From NCBI GenBank assembly GCA_965208905.1, contig OZ242365.1, positions 1,504,001-1,568,000 of the forward strand: a stretch of 64,000 nucleotides of DNA. The letters run 5' to 3'. The stretch is from Nitrosopumilaceae archaeon (GTDB taxonomy: Archaea; Thermoproteota; Nitrososphaeria; Nitrososphaerales; Nitrosopumilaceae). Below the pieces are notes generated by a model that did no database searches, was not told the DNA's origin, and saw only the letters and a list, made by a program, of their open reading frames with translations. Below are positions 36,361 through 46,904 of this stretch, piece after piece (positions within the stretch are counted from its first letter, which is position 1; each line of letters starts with the position of its first letter). Position numbers and translations under genes: made by a program.

Positions 36361-38456
36361 GTAACATGTCACCTCCCCCCAACCTGTTTAGGCACAGGCA
36401 TGAACATCGTGCAAAATCACACCGGAATCGGTAATGGGATGTGTAATATGACCATGTCATGCAAGTGTACGTCCACAGGCTGTTGCGGATTTGACGTGAA
36501 TTGGTTTGTTGTGCGGTATGGGCCGTTGCCACATATGTGATATCAAAATGATGTGCGCAGCCTTGTGCGTCCCTGTGCGGGCTGGTGTTTTCCTATGGCC
36601 CTGCATGTACAGGGATTCAAGTCATATTCCAAAGAGTCGCTCAAGCTCTGTCTGGGCGTTTCTGCCCTGAAGCTTCCACGTCTCAAGGCAGCTTGCAATA
36701 GTGCAGTATCTTTGCGCCCCACGCAGCGTGGCAAATCTGTATATCACCTTGCGCCGAATCACGTACCTGCGCAGCAGACGCTCGGCAAGGTTGTTTGTAA
36801 ACTCCATGGACGTGTGGGTGACTGCAGTGAACAGGTATGGTGCACAGTTGCGCACGCAGGTTCCGGCATTTATGCCCTCCTGCAAGAGGAGTCGGCCTAT
36901 TGTCTCTGTTTCGGATATGAGGTGTTGTATGTATTGTATTGGCGTGTCAGGCAGCAGATCCTTGACATGATGGTATATGTTCATGAGCCGGTGATAAAGA
37001 TACTGTCCTGTAGGGGCGTCGTTCTTGATGACCCCGTTTTCAACCTTGGTCTTGACGTGTGCCCAGCACAGCTGCCGTACCTGAAAATAATTGTGTGCGG
37101 GATACGCATCACAGTGTATCGGCAGGTCTGGATACGGAAAATTCGCCATCATCTCGGCTTTGGTGCGTGTCTGGGCGGCCATGTACCTGACCCAATTTCT
37201 GTCCCCGACCATGACCCACATACGGCCGTCTTTGCCTGCCCTGCCCCGGTTATCATCATTACCATTACCGCCTGCCCTGCCATGGGTCTTGCAGTCATAT
37301 GTGTTCCTGTCCCGGCCAAGGGGCATGACTGTATCATCAAGGTGACCCGACTCGGATTTTGCGATATTGGCCTGTATTGTATCGATCTCCGGCCGCAACG
37401 GGGCTTGGCTTGTCTCCAATGCCTTCTTGAGTGTATCGCGGCACAACCTTTTGCCGTATGCTATCTCGATTGTCTCGCTTAACTCCGACATGCTCTTGTT
37501 GGTGTGAGACAATCTGATAATTTTGATCAACCACTTCTTGCCTATGCTGGTGCCGTTAAGCATCCAGTCGGGCTCGGTGGATATGGGACCGCACGTGCCG
37601 CACATGTAAAGATACACGTCGTACAGCTTCTCTGTAACTCCGATTTTCTCAAGCTCAAGTGCCACCTTGGAGTATCGGTCCAGCCGTACAAGCGGCCGGC
37701 CGCAGCCAGGACATGCGTCAAGTGAAAGGTCCACCCTGTCATCCACATCATATGCGGAGTGATGGCCCGTGTGACCCTTTGGCGGGCCCATCTTGGCCGG
37801 GGTTGCGGCCTGTTCGTTTTCTTGCTGGTGCCGCGCCCTTATCTGCTGCCGTGTTATGGTGCCGTGTGAGGGCGGCGTCGATCCCGAGTCGTTTGCAGCG
37901 TCCCTGCGCTCAATATCCTTCATCCTTGCCTTGAGCTCCTCCACCTCACCGGCCATGGCGGCAAGTCTTTTCATTATCTCCTTTGTTTCCCGGCTTTTGT
38001 GGTCTGCATATTCTACAGTGGAACGTGACAGGTCCAACAGTATCTGCTCTCTGGCGGTTGCGTCATATTTTCCCCTCGTGAAGAGCATATTGCAGCGCTC
38101 GGTGATTTTACATACACTACTGTCTATCTTTACATACACTGCATCCTTTTCATCATACATTTGGGAATTATGCTTGATGTCTGCCTTTAGACGTGCTATC
38201 TCATCCATCTGTTGTGTTATCAGGGCGTCACGTTCATCTCCTATTGACCGATTATCGTTAAATATGCTTTTTGCAAGTGTTTGTTGGTGATGTTGCTGTC
38301 TTCTCATTTTGTAGTGATCATGAGAAGATCGTAACATCGCTATTTAAGCACAACATATTGGCTCTCGTTGCCGTTTAACACATAATCTTGGCATAGATAA
38401 TGACGCCTGTTTGATAGATGCCATGCCTACAGAAAGTAGGGGAGGTGACATGTTAC
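36361..38456 (-). mobile_element. IS66-family element with a single intact transposase ORF (36622-38337)
   Basis: TIRs GTAACATGTCACCTCCCC / GGGGAGGTGACATGTTAC; perfect 8-bp TSD TTTTTCTA; motifs CPGCG, HLDDT, HCDAY, QLCWAH, TNNLAERLLR. Confidence 0.95.
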
Positions 38457-39113
38457 TTTTTCTAAATTCGAATTTAGAAACAAAGTACTTTGATACCTTC
38501 GTAGCCATCAAAAAAAGTTGTAAGTCTAACAGGCAGCATATGACTAAATGCACATTCAATACTTACACACTTTGCATTCGCTAGCCCGGTCCATCAGCAG
38601 TATATTGCTAACAGACACGCATCAAGCGATATACAAAATTTCGACAAACACTGTACAACATGCTCCTGATGGTACATTACCACATATTCATTGTGCGGGT
38701 TGGGTCAGCACCATGATCAGATTCAGGCATGCAGGCGATTAAAGGTGGTTAACGCCAGAAACATAAAATTATTTTGTCATGTATGTAGGTGCGCAGTCGA
38801 TCTCATGTAGAGCAAAAACAGTGGTCATTGCGTACTCAATTAAAAATGGTGATTCACAGGCATAGCTGTATTGATAAAAAAATAGATAGTGAGAGAAGCT
38901 GCGCAAGTTGACTGCATTTTGATTCACTGAAGTTGTAATTGCAATATTGCCCACTAAGATTTCTCAGGACTGCTGTCAAAGATGCGTTGATGACATATAT
39001 TTCTTAATTCGAATTTAGAAATAAAGCTTTTGACCACAGATTAGATATCTAAAATACTCCATTGATACGCCCGGTGCGCTTGCTATATACGGGTGTTGTG
39101 TTCAATCAAATCA

Positions 39114-39605
39114 ATGATGCGAATAGGCATGGTAGTAGTTCTAGGGGCCGTAATAGGATCCATGGTAATAGCACTGTATGCATATACATTGTATCAACCA
39201 AACCTAATTGAGGTGTCGCATGGTGAGCCGGTAATAGTGGGGCCCATAGAGTACGCCATCATGCTAGAAGATGTGCATGATGGAGTAGATGATGTCAGGC
39301 CAAATGACAGGTTTGTAAAGGTACGAATAAACATGATGAACATAGATACGCAAAGCGCAACTGTCAGTGGCGGACAGTTCTACTTTGTAGACGCTAATGA
39401 TGAAAGGCACTGGCCCATATATGGAAATGGTACATTTGGTCAGGAGGATCTCTTGCGCGAAACATTACAGGGTGGCGAGCACATAACTCGCACCACCCAG
39501 TTTGACGTACCATACAATTCTGATGAAACATACAGTGTCATCATCAGGCCAGCGAAGGAACACAACAGTGTCGATCTGGCCATCGTATGCCTGACAAACT
39601 GCTAA
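39114..39605 (+). CDS. DUF4352-like membrane-anchored Ig-fold protein
   Basis: N-terminal TM helix; FVKVRINMMN...QFYFVD...FDVP pattern. Confidence 0.75.
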   Translation: MMRIGMVVVLGAVIGSMVIALYAYTLYQPNLIEVSHGEPVIVGPIEYAIMLEDVHDGVDDVRPNDRFVKVRINMMNIDTQSATVSGGQFYFVDANDERHWPIYGNGTFGQEDLLRETLQGGEHITRTTQFDVPYNSDETYSVIIRPAKEHNSVDLAIVCLTNC

Positions 39606-39668
39606 TTTTTTTATATTTTTAGATTCAAATTTTAATAAAAAATATCTGCATGTAGGTATTACAGTAAA

Positions 39669-40202
39669 CTAGTTGTTCGAGTTAGATGACTCTAGTACGT
39701 TGGTGATGGCACGATTCAGTATCGCCATGGTCAAATAATCATAATACGAGTCAGGTTGCTGGTTCTCTTTCGGGTTGCGTATCTGGGATAAAATGTTGTC
39801 AAGTGTTTTGTTTATTCTACTGGTAGTATTATGAATAAGTTTTTGATAATTCTCCTCAAAAGTTTCATCGACATCATAGTTTAACAGACGAATCTTTGTA
39901 CCGTATTGTTTTATTACGGTGCCTCGAACCTCATCAATTTGAGTTACATCAATCATTTTAGCTTCACGTAGTACTCGAATGTGGTGTCGGATGGTATTCA
40001 CCGATTTATCGATTCCGGCATCTTCTAACTCTTTCACTATTTCATCGACGGTCAGGCTGCGCCTGTACAATATCTCGACTATCTTGGCTCGGGCCACATC
40101 AGATATTGCGTTTGCCTGGGTTGTTGTGATTGCTAATGTATGGTTCGTCTTGACCGGTGTTCGTAGTATTGTAGACATTATCTTTGTTGTTGTTATGGGC
40201 AT
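39669..40202 (-). CDS. ArsR-like winged-helix transcriptional regulator
   Basis: AISDVARAKIVEIL...LTVDEI...TIRHHIRVLREAKMI. Confidence 0.85.
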   Translation of the reverse strand: MPITTTKIMSTILRTPVKTNHTLAITTTQANAISDVARAKIVEILYRRSLTVDEIVKELEDAGIDKSVNTIRHHIRVLREAKMIDVTQIDEVRGTVIKQYGTKIRLLNYDVDETFEENYQKLIHNTTSRINKTLDNILSQIRNPKENQQPDSYYDYLTMAILNRAITNVLESSNSNN

Positions 40203-41001
40203 ATAACACAGTATGTGAAATTTTATTGTCAGAATGGTGTAAAATATATGACAGTATGCATAGTTATGTCATAATATTTTATGTTAAAATATTTTAATTA
40301 CAAATTTACGCTAGTATTATTATAATATTAATTTTATGTTTAATTTATTGACGTGGGATGAATAATTTTAGTTTTCCTATCATCAAAATAGTCTTAATCA
40401 ATATGCAAAATTACCATTCGCTGCCGCGAATTAGAAAAAAAATGAGTTGGGCATCCTTGTATGGACAATATACCGACTTTGAGGAGTCATTAAACGGTTC
40501 CAGAATATGCGAAAGAAAATCCCAGAGGCAGTAGTCGAGTATTACACTACATGTGTAGAGGGTGAGGCCATAGTGTCAGCGTACTTGGTCAGGTCGTGCT
40601 TATTTCTACAGGTAAAAGACAACTTTTTACACATGTATACTATTCCGGCCTGCCAAATTATCATTTTTTTTCTTTATTTTCTCACCTCCTGTACAGTAAA
40701 TCAAACCCGACCAGCGGAACACTCCCATTCGTGCTCAATGTGGCAGTTTACTGTCCGCATACCTTGAGTCAATCTAACTCGCGCCCTTATGTATGGCAAG
40801 TGTCCAACTACTCTCAGATCCAACAAGGCAGGTACAACGCTCAGATTAATAATGTCGACACATAGTATCTAACTCCTTGAAACGAGTTAGTGTCACAACC
40901 CCGCCTGAACTAGCAAAAATTGGGCAAACTTCACGCCTAGAATTTAGGGTATGACAATAACTCCTTGAAACAATAACTATATACGCATCACACAAAAGGT
41001 A

Positions 41002-43677
41002 ATGTATGTGACTAAAGGGCCTAGCCTACCCGAACCAAGAGTAGTAAAATTCTCAACACTCATGTATGATATTTCAGAGGGAAAGATCAAAATACCACAG
41101 TTTCAGCGCTATTTTGTATGGAGTATGAAAGAATCGGCAAGGCTACTAGATAGCATATTGAAGGGTTATCCTATTGGCACGTTCATTATGTGGAATACAG
41201 ATGAACGTTTACACGCGGTTAGAGATATTGGAAGCATTAAACTCCCTGAACCAAACGAAAACGAGTATGTGAATTTTGTACTAGATGGCCAGCAAAGGAT
41301 AACGAGTATATTTGCGGCATTAAATGGGGAGACAATCGAACTAAAAGATGGTAAGAAGGAGGAATTTTCAGATATTGTGGTAGATCTTGACGCTAAGTTA
41401 GATGAGGATATAATCACTACCAAACAAGATGCCGACAAATCACATACCACCATACAGTTAACGACTCTGCTGTATGGGGGATTGTTCGAACTATCCAAAT
41501 TCGACCAGAAATACCACGAAAAGTTGGACGATTACAAGGAAAAAATAAACGCCTACAATTATTCCGTGATACAGGTGAGTCACGCAACCATAGATGTTGC
41601 AGCCGAGATATTTGAAAGGACAAATGTTGGAGGGAAACGTCTAGATACCTTTCAGATAATGGTGGCCAAAACATATGACCATGCAAGTGGGTTCGACTTG
41701 GCAGAGAAGTCTGATGAATTAGTGGAAAAGTTAAGGGCCGTAAAATACGATACACTGCCCAAGCACACAGCGCTACACCTTATCTCACTAATTCTTAAAG
41801 GTGAGGTTAAGAGGAAGGCTATGCTTTCCCTACAGAAAGACGATGTTAAAGGTAAATGGGAATATGCAGTTAATGCCATACAGGAGGCAGTAGACTACCT
41901 TAGGAGTTACTACCGCATACCAGTATCTAGACTACTCCCATATGATTCACTTGTCGTCCTAATAGCATACTTCTTCTACAAAAATCATGGTAAACCGCCT
42001 AACGTAAACCAAGCAAAATACCTAGACGACCTCTTCTGGAGAGTGTCATTAACTGGACGATATGCTGGTTCATCAGATACTAAGATAGCCCAGGATGCAA
42101 AACACGTCAATAAGATAATAGATGGTCAACGACCAGAATACGACTGGCCCATAAATATTTCTGTCAAGCGTAGCGGGGAGTTTAAAGTTGGAGGGGCTTT
42201 TAGTAAAGCCATTATCTGTATTTACGCGTATTATGAACCTAAATCCTTCAAAAATGACGCTAAGGTAAGTATAGACAACAACTGGCTTAAGCGTACAAGT
42301 AGCATGAACTATCATCATTTCTTCCCTAAAAGTTACTTGAAGGTTAAAGGTGTAGCGGACCAAGAGATTAACAACGTGCTTAACATCACCCTTGTAGATG
42401 ATTACTTAAACAAGCAGGAGATACGCGGCCGAGCACCGTCTGACTACATGAAGGAGTTTAGTAAGAAAAATAAAAGGCTTTCACAAACTATGAAGACCCA
42501 CCTCATAAACGACCTAGATGAATTTGGAGTGTGGAGTGATGATTACCAAACTTTCCTGAATAAACGCGCATTAGCTGTTGATGACGCCATTAAGAAGAGA
42601 ATAATTTTAAAAGAAGGGGAGTCAGTTATGTCAAATACAACTGAATTAGAGCAGAATACTAGTGATAAACCACTACATACTATCAAATATGTCAGAGGTA
42701 TGAAATGTCCTATTAGTATAATATGCTCAGGTAGGCAGGCGCCTATACAATCATGGGTGGATGTGCTCTATGAGGTGGCAGCATATCTAGTGAAGAATCG
42801 GCATCTTAACAACTCACATTGTCCAATACCGATAGGGAAGGAGAACATGCTACTACACACAAAATCAACCCATCAGAATGGTAAACCATTCTCCACGTAT
42901 AGGAGAGTTGGGGAGTTATATCTTAACACCAATCTCAGTCCTACTAATGCCCTAAAGCATGCTATAAAACTGATAAAGTTAGCCAAGAGGGACCAAAACT
43001 ATTTCAAACTAATCTTCAGCAACCCGAATATTAATAACAGCGCATCGTCGGTTTGGCCTGTGTGGGCGCGCGAGTCGTTCAAGCTAGAGGACTCGGAGGT
43101 TGCATACACATGTGACACGGATCCGTCCCTTACCCTGCCTATGACCGAAATGCCCAACCAGGAGTTCAAGTCCAGTTTCAAACATGACTATAAGGCAGAA
43201 TATTTTAGACAAAATAAAAAAGCTCTAGGCGCACATATAGAAAAACTCGTCAAGTCCACTGACGGCAAGGGTTTGCAGTATGAGGTTGCCAAGAGCATAG
43301 TTGGCATGGCAAACTCAGAACATGATGCCGGACGTATATGGGTCGGTGTCGGAGACCCAGAATCTGGCGGGAAACCAAAACTACTGGGGCTATCCAAAGA
43401 CTTCAAAAAGAATTACAACAAAGAAGAAATCAGGCGCAGGATACAAAATTGGCTTAGTAACTGCATCAGAGATTACCCCTTGGTTGACTCAGATATTGAC
43501 ATACGGTTCCCAAAAATGCAAGGCGTTGAGGTGTGTCTGATAACGGTGCGTAAGCGTAACAGTGCATCACATACCATAAATGGTAAATTTTGGCTTCGTG
43601 ACATGAATGCTCCCCGTACAACTGAACCTAACAGTTCTGTCCTTCTTGCTTACACAAAAAAGCGCTTCCAAAATTGA
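41002..43677 (+). CDS. GmrSD-like DUF262-HNH protein with an extra middle domain and a C-terminal Schlafen/AlbA_2 domain
   Basis: IPQFQRYFVW, DSILKGYPIG, LDGQQRITS, FERTN; HHFFPK...NITL...N; C-terminal EFKSS...VGMANS..GRIWVGVGD...FWLR. Confidence 0.82.
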   Translation: MYVTKGPSLPEPRVVKFSTLMYDISEGKIKIPQFQRYFVWSMKESARLLDSILKGYPIGTFIMWNTDERLHAVRDIGSIKLPEPNENEYVNFVLDGQQRITSIFAALNGETIELKDGKKEEFSDIVVDLDAKLDEDIITTKQDADKSHTTIQLTTLLYGGLFELSKFDQKYHEKLDDYKEKINAYNYSVIQVSHATIDVAAEIFERTNVGGKRLDTFQIMVAKTYDHASGFDLAEKSDELVEKLRAVKYDTLPKHTALHLISLILKGEVKRKAMLSLQKDDVKGKWEYAVNAIQEAVDYLRSYYRIPVSRLLPYDSLVVLIAYFFYKNHGKPPNVNQAKYLDDLFWRVSLTGRYAGSSDTKIAQDAKHVNKIIDGQRPEYDWPINISVKRSGEFKVGGAFSKAIICIYAYYEPKSFKNDAKVSIDNNWLKRTSSMNYHHFFPKSYLKVKGVADQEINNVLNITLVDDYLNKQEIRGRAPSDYMKEFSKKNKRLSQTMKTHLINDLDEFGVWSDDYQTFLNKRALAVDDAIKKRIILKEGESVMSNTTELEQNTSDKPLHTIKYVRGMKCPISIICSGRQAPIQSWVDVLYEVAAYLVKNRHLNNSHCPIPIGKENMLLHTKSTHQNGKPFSTYRRVGELYLNTNLSPTNALKHAIKLIKLAKRDQNYFKLIFSNPNINNSASSVWPVWARESFKLEDSEVAYTCDTDPSLTLPMTEMPNQEFKSSFKHDYKAEYFRQNKKALGAHIEKLVKSTDGKGLQYEVAKSIVGMANSEHDAGRIWVGVGDPESGGKPKLLGLSKDFKKNYNKEEIRRRIQNWLSNCIRDYPLVDSDIDIRFPKMQGVEVCLITVRKRNSASHTINGKFWLRDMNAPRTTEPNSSVLLAYTKKRFQN

Positions 43678-43754
43678 TCTAGTTGGCTTGATGATTGCCA
43701 TGCATAACTAGAATGGTTACAGACTAATTGAATTAGATTAAATTGTTTCATGTA

Positions 43755-43990
43755 TAGCGGCACACAAAAGTTCCTGCACAATTGAAAATCGCCCATACAT
43801 GCACACAGTTCAGGTTGGCAGGACTATGTGCGCCTGATTTTGATAAAACATCATACAATTGTGGTCAATACTGCACCTTTTATACGCCACTGCCACATTT
43901 TCATATGGTCACATGTCTGGTATTTCACGGCTGTACAGGATGTGCGGTAACAGTTGTGATTTTGTATATTCTATCGTTTTTTTTGGAGTG
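43755..43990 (-). mobile_element. Right-end fragment of an IS630 element related to 8566-10094
   Basis: TAGCGGCACACAAAAGTTCCTGCACAATTGAAAATCGCC... is the diverged reverse complement of ~9860-10094. Confidence 0.8.
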
Positions 43991-44303
43991 GTCTTCTCTT
44001 TTTAGAATCGATTTTTGCAATATTTTATTCGCACTTTTTACCTCCCATATATATGACATTCCCGTGGGAGGGTGTCAAAAACGAGTCCTATACGGTATAG
44101 TTAAAAGAGGTCTGGACTGGAAATTGTAGTTTTTGTGCAACAGGAGTGTGGAGTAGAAATAAGGTCTGTTTTTAACTGAGTGGAAAAATGATCATCTGAC
44201 CCCTATTCTCACTCAATATTTGTCGTTCAAAGCGATTCATATGTGTTGCTTGGGGGTTAACCTAATATCAATGACTTCATATTAGTTGCAGTTACGTCAT
44301 TTG

Positions 44304-45194
44304 TTAACTAGAACCAAGTTCTACATCACTACCTTCAGTATAGACTATACTCTCAAAATATACTGCACCTTTTTCCAATTTTTTTGTTGAATGAATTAAT
44401 GGTTTGTCCATTGACATATTCAAACCATGTATTTTAAAAAATAATTCTGGGGTAATTAATGCTGAATCAATGTTCTCATCTCTGCATCGAGTACATTTTA
44501 CCATTAATTTATGCTCTAAGTCAACTCTTGAAGCATCTAAACCACATTTTTTTAAAAAAATTTCCTTTGGGTAAGATATACTCGTAGGACGACATAATGG
44601 ATCTTTTGGACGGTGAACCAACGATATATCCTTAATTTGTAGACCTTCACGAATCACCGAACATCGTTCATCATCATAGATCTGATTCTCAATATGCGTA
44701 CATTTTTCATTAAGTATATCCAAACCACAAATCGAACACACCATCTTTTTGTAGGTTACGCCTACACTACAACCCATTGAGCCAAGTCCATCAGATTTCA
44801 ATTGAATGGGGCAGCTTACTGCAACATGATGTTCTGTCTCAAACCAGACACATCCATATTGTTTTATAATCAGTTGTACCAACTCATTCATGATGTCAAT
44901 ATAGTGATTGGTGTTTTCCCTACTGATCTTTGAGCATTCGTTCAGATATCTAATTGCAAGAAACATCCTCCCCTTAAACTCATCTAATGATTCACGGTCA
45001 GGCAAATATGGCCTATTGTAAAAATATTCAGCTTTTACCAACAGGTAAGATTCTCTCAAATCTGGTGAACAGTTTTGTTTTTTTGCCAAAGTTCTAATGA
45101 CACGTTTGTACAACCGGCCTGCCTCATCCCATTTTCCTGATTTTATTGCTTTTCTTGCGCTTAGAATTAGATCATCAGGCGTCATCTTGATCAC
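44304..45194 (-). CDS. Hypothetical protein: helical N-terminus plus Cys/His-rich domain reminiscent of phage prohead-protease Zn inserts
   Basis: SVG....CSICG...CTH...IY...C...ISLV..P.DP, plus a later CTRC. Confidence 0.6.
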   Translation of the reverse strand: MIKMTPDDLILSARKAIKSGKWDEAGRLYKRVIRTLAKKQNCSPDLRESYLLVKAEYFYNRPYLPDRESLDEFKGRMFLAIRYLNECSKISRENTNHYIDIMNELVQLIIKQYGCVWFETEHHVAVSCPIQLKSDGLGSMGCSVGVTYKKMVCSICGLDILNEKCTHIENQIYDDERCSVIREGLQIKDISLVHRPKDPLCRPTSISYPKEIFLKKCGLDASRVDLEHKLMVKCTRCRDENIDSALITPELFFKIHGLNMSMDKPLIHSTKKLEKGAVYFESIVYTEGSDVELGSS

Positions 45195-45633
45195 ACAACC
45201 CTCTTAGAATCCTTAAAACATCTTCTGCTTCTTCGGCCTTTATACTTATCATCTTGGATTTTTCAGTACGAAAAATATCGACGCTGATCTTGGGCATTTT
45301 CTGGTGATCCGTAGCGTGTGCCATGTAAGACTGTATCTTGTGGGTGATCCAACCACTAAGACACCCGACTAACACAGGTAGTGCAATCTCGCTAACTAAA
45401 TATGCTGCAAATATGTATTCTTCGCCTCGGTAATCAAAATAGGTTGGTTCGTTAGAATTTACAATAATTAATTTGTTATCCTGTCTAATTTGCTTTATTA
45501 TGTCAACATCGTTGACACTTATCATGTCGTCTTTGGTAATAACTGTGAAACTATTTTTACGGTATTTTTCTTTAAATTCAAGATTTTGCTGTGCAAAGAC
45601 TTCTTCGAGCGTGGAATTTTTCCATTCTATCAT
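45175..45633 (-). CDS. Hypothetical protein with one hydrophobic helix, coupled to the downstream gene
   Basis: YIFAAYLVSEIALPVLVGCLSGWI; overlaps the next ORF by 20 nt. Confidence 0.65.
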   Translation of the reverse strand: MIEWKNSTLEEVFAQQNLEFKEKYRKNSFTVITKDDMISVNDVDIIKQIRQDNKLIIVNSNEPTYFDYRGEEYIFAAYLVSEIALPVLVGCLSGWITHKIQSYMAHATDHQKMPKISVDIFRTEKSKMISIKAEEAEDVLRILRGLCDQDDA

Positions 45634-45692
45634 TAGTGACAGACATAACCCCGAACGTTAATATATCTAACGTGTAAGTGTCTCCAAGTATA

Positions 45693-46798
45693 TAGTGAGG
45701 TGCATAAATAACCCGACACTAATTTTACGCCGGTAGAATTTTGTCCAAATTTCTGAACAGAATGTTGCGCGGCTTAAACTTTATTTCCAGTGAATCGTAT
45801 ATCGGCATGATTTTTCTTCGGAAATATCTTTTGGCCGGCCGCCTGAAAGTTCGCCATATCCTTGCCGTTGAGCCATAACCATTCGGCCGGATTTAAAAAC
45901 GGCGAGTACGGAGGCAAGAATATCAGTTTGACGAAATTATTATTCTTTTTCAAGTATCGCTTTACGCGGTTAGAGTTGTGATATGCGGCATTATCCAATA
46001 TTACGGCAACCTTGCCGAACCGTTTTTTCGTCTTGTTCAAATACCGGATAAAGGACCTGTCGTTGGCCTTGCTAGCGGCCATATAGCATGTCTGCCCGTC
46101 CAGCGTGATGCCGCCGTATATGGTCTGGCGCTGGTTGCCGAGTGGCGTTTGTACCGGTATGGCATCACCGCGTGTATAGACTGCGCCGCTGCCAAACATG
46201 CTCAAATTTTGGTGGCTTTCATCCGATATTATAGGCGTGAATCCATCTTTTTTTCAGTATTTTTATCTCATTTGTAGTATCTTTCTGCCAGATTTCGAGA
46301 TCTTTCCTTGGTGGAATTCGGTCGGATATCCGGGGAGTCTTCCGTATAGTAAAGCCAAGAGACCTAAGGATGCGGCGCGCTTGCGATTCGCTGTATTTTA
46401 TGCCGGTCTTTTTCTCAGCCAGTTTAACAAATCCGTAGGCGGTGAATTGCTTGGCACCGTTAATTATATTCTCTAATGTGTGGCGCGGTACGAAAGATGG
46501 ACGGCCAGGCCTCGCACCATCGGCGAGGCCATCCAGGCCTTTATGGTCGTAGACATTAAGCCAATCACATATGGTGCTACGATCGACACCAAGCACATCC
46601 GCTGCCGCAGAGATTGTATATCCTTTAATGCGCACCATATTTACGGCTACGATACGGGCGTATTGCGTTGTACTCTTAGTCTGTTTTAGAGCAGCCTTTA
46701 TTTTTTGGGCATCAGTTTGGTTACTCATATAATTAGTTAGTGATTTTGATCATTTATGTATTTCTAATAGAGTGTAGGATTATTTATGCTCCCAACTA
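45693..46798 (-). mobile_element. IS630-family element, full length but frameshifted
   Basis: TIRs TAGTGAGGTGCATAAATAACCCGACACT / AGTGTAGGATTATTTATGCTCCCAACTA with TA flanks; HTH ORF plus SDES, ILDNAAYH, LPPYSPFLNPAE. Confidence 0.92.
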
Positions 46799-46904
46799 TA
46801 TCTAATCAAAAATGTAAACGTCAAAGTATATCCTTAACTACAGTAATCTGAATTTTTCTCAGTCAATATACACTATTTGAGTATTGACCGTTAATGTAAC
46901 AAAA

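Noticed and set aside
36553-37482. 309-aa ORF on the + strand
   Set aside because: Antisense shadow of the IS66 transposase with no motifs.
46225-46260. Programmed frameshift in the IS630 at an A7 run
   Set aside because: The second copy (~50020) reads through in frame with a shorter run, and this copy has another small deletion, so mutation is more likely.
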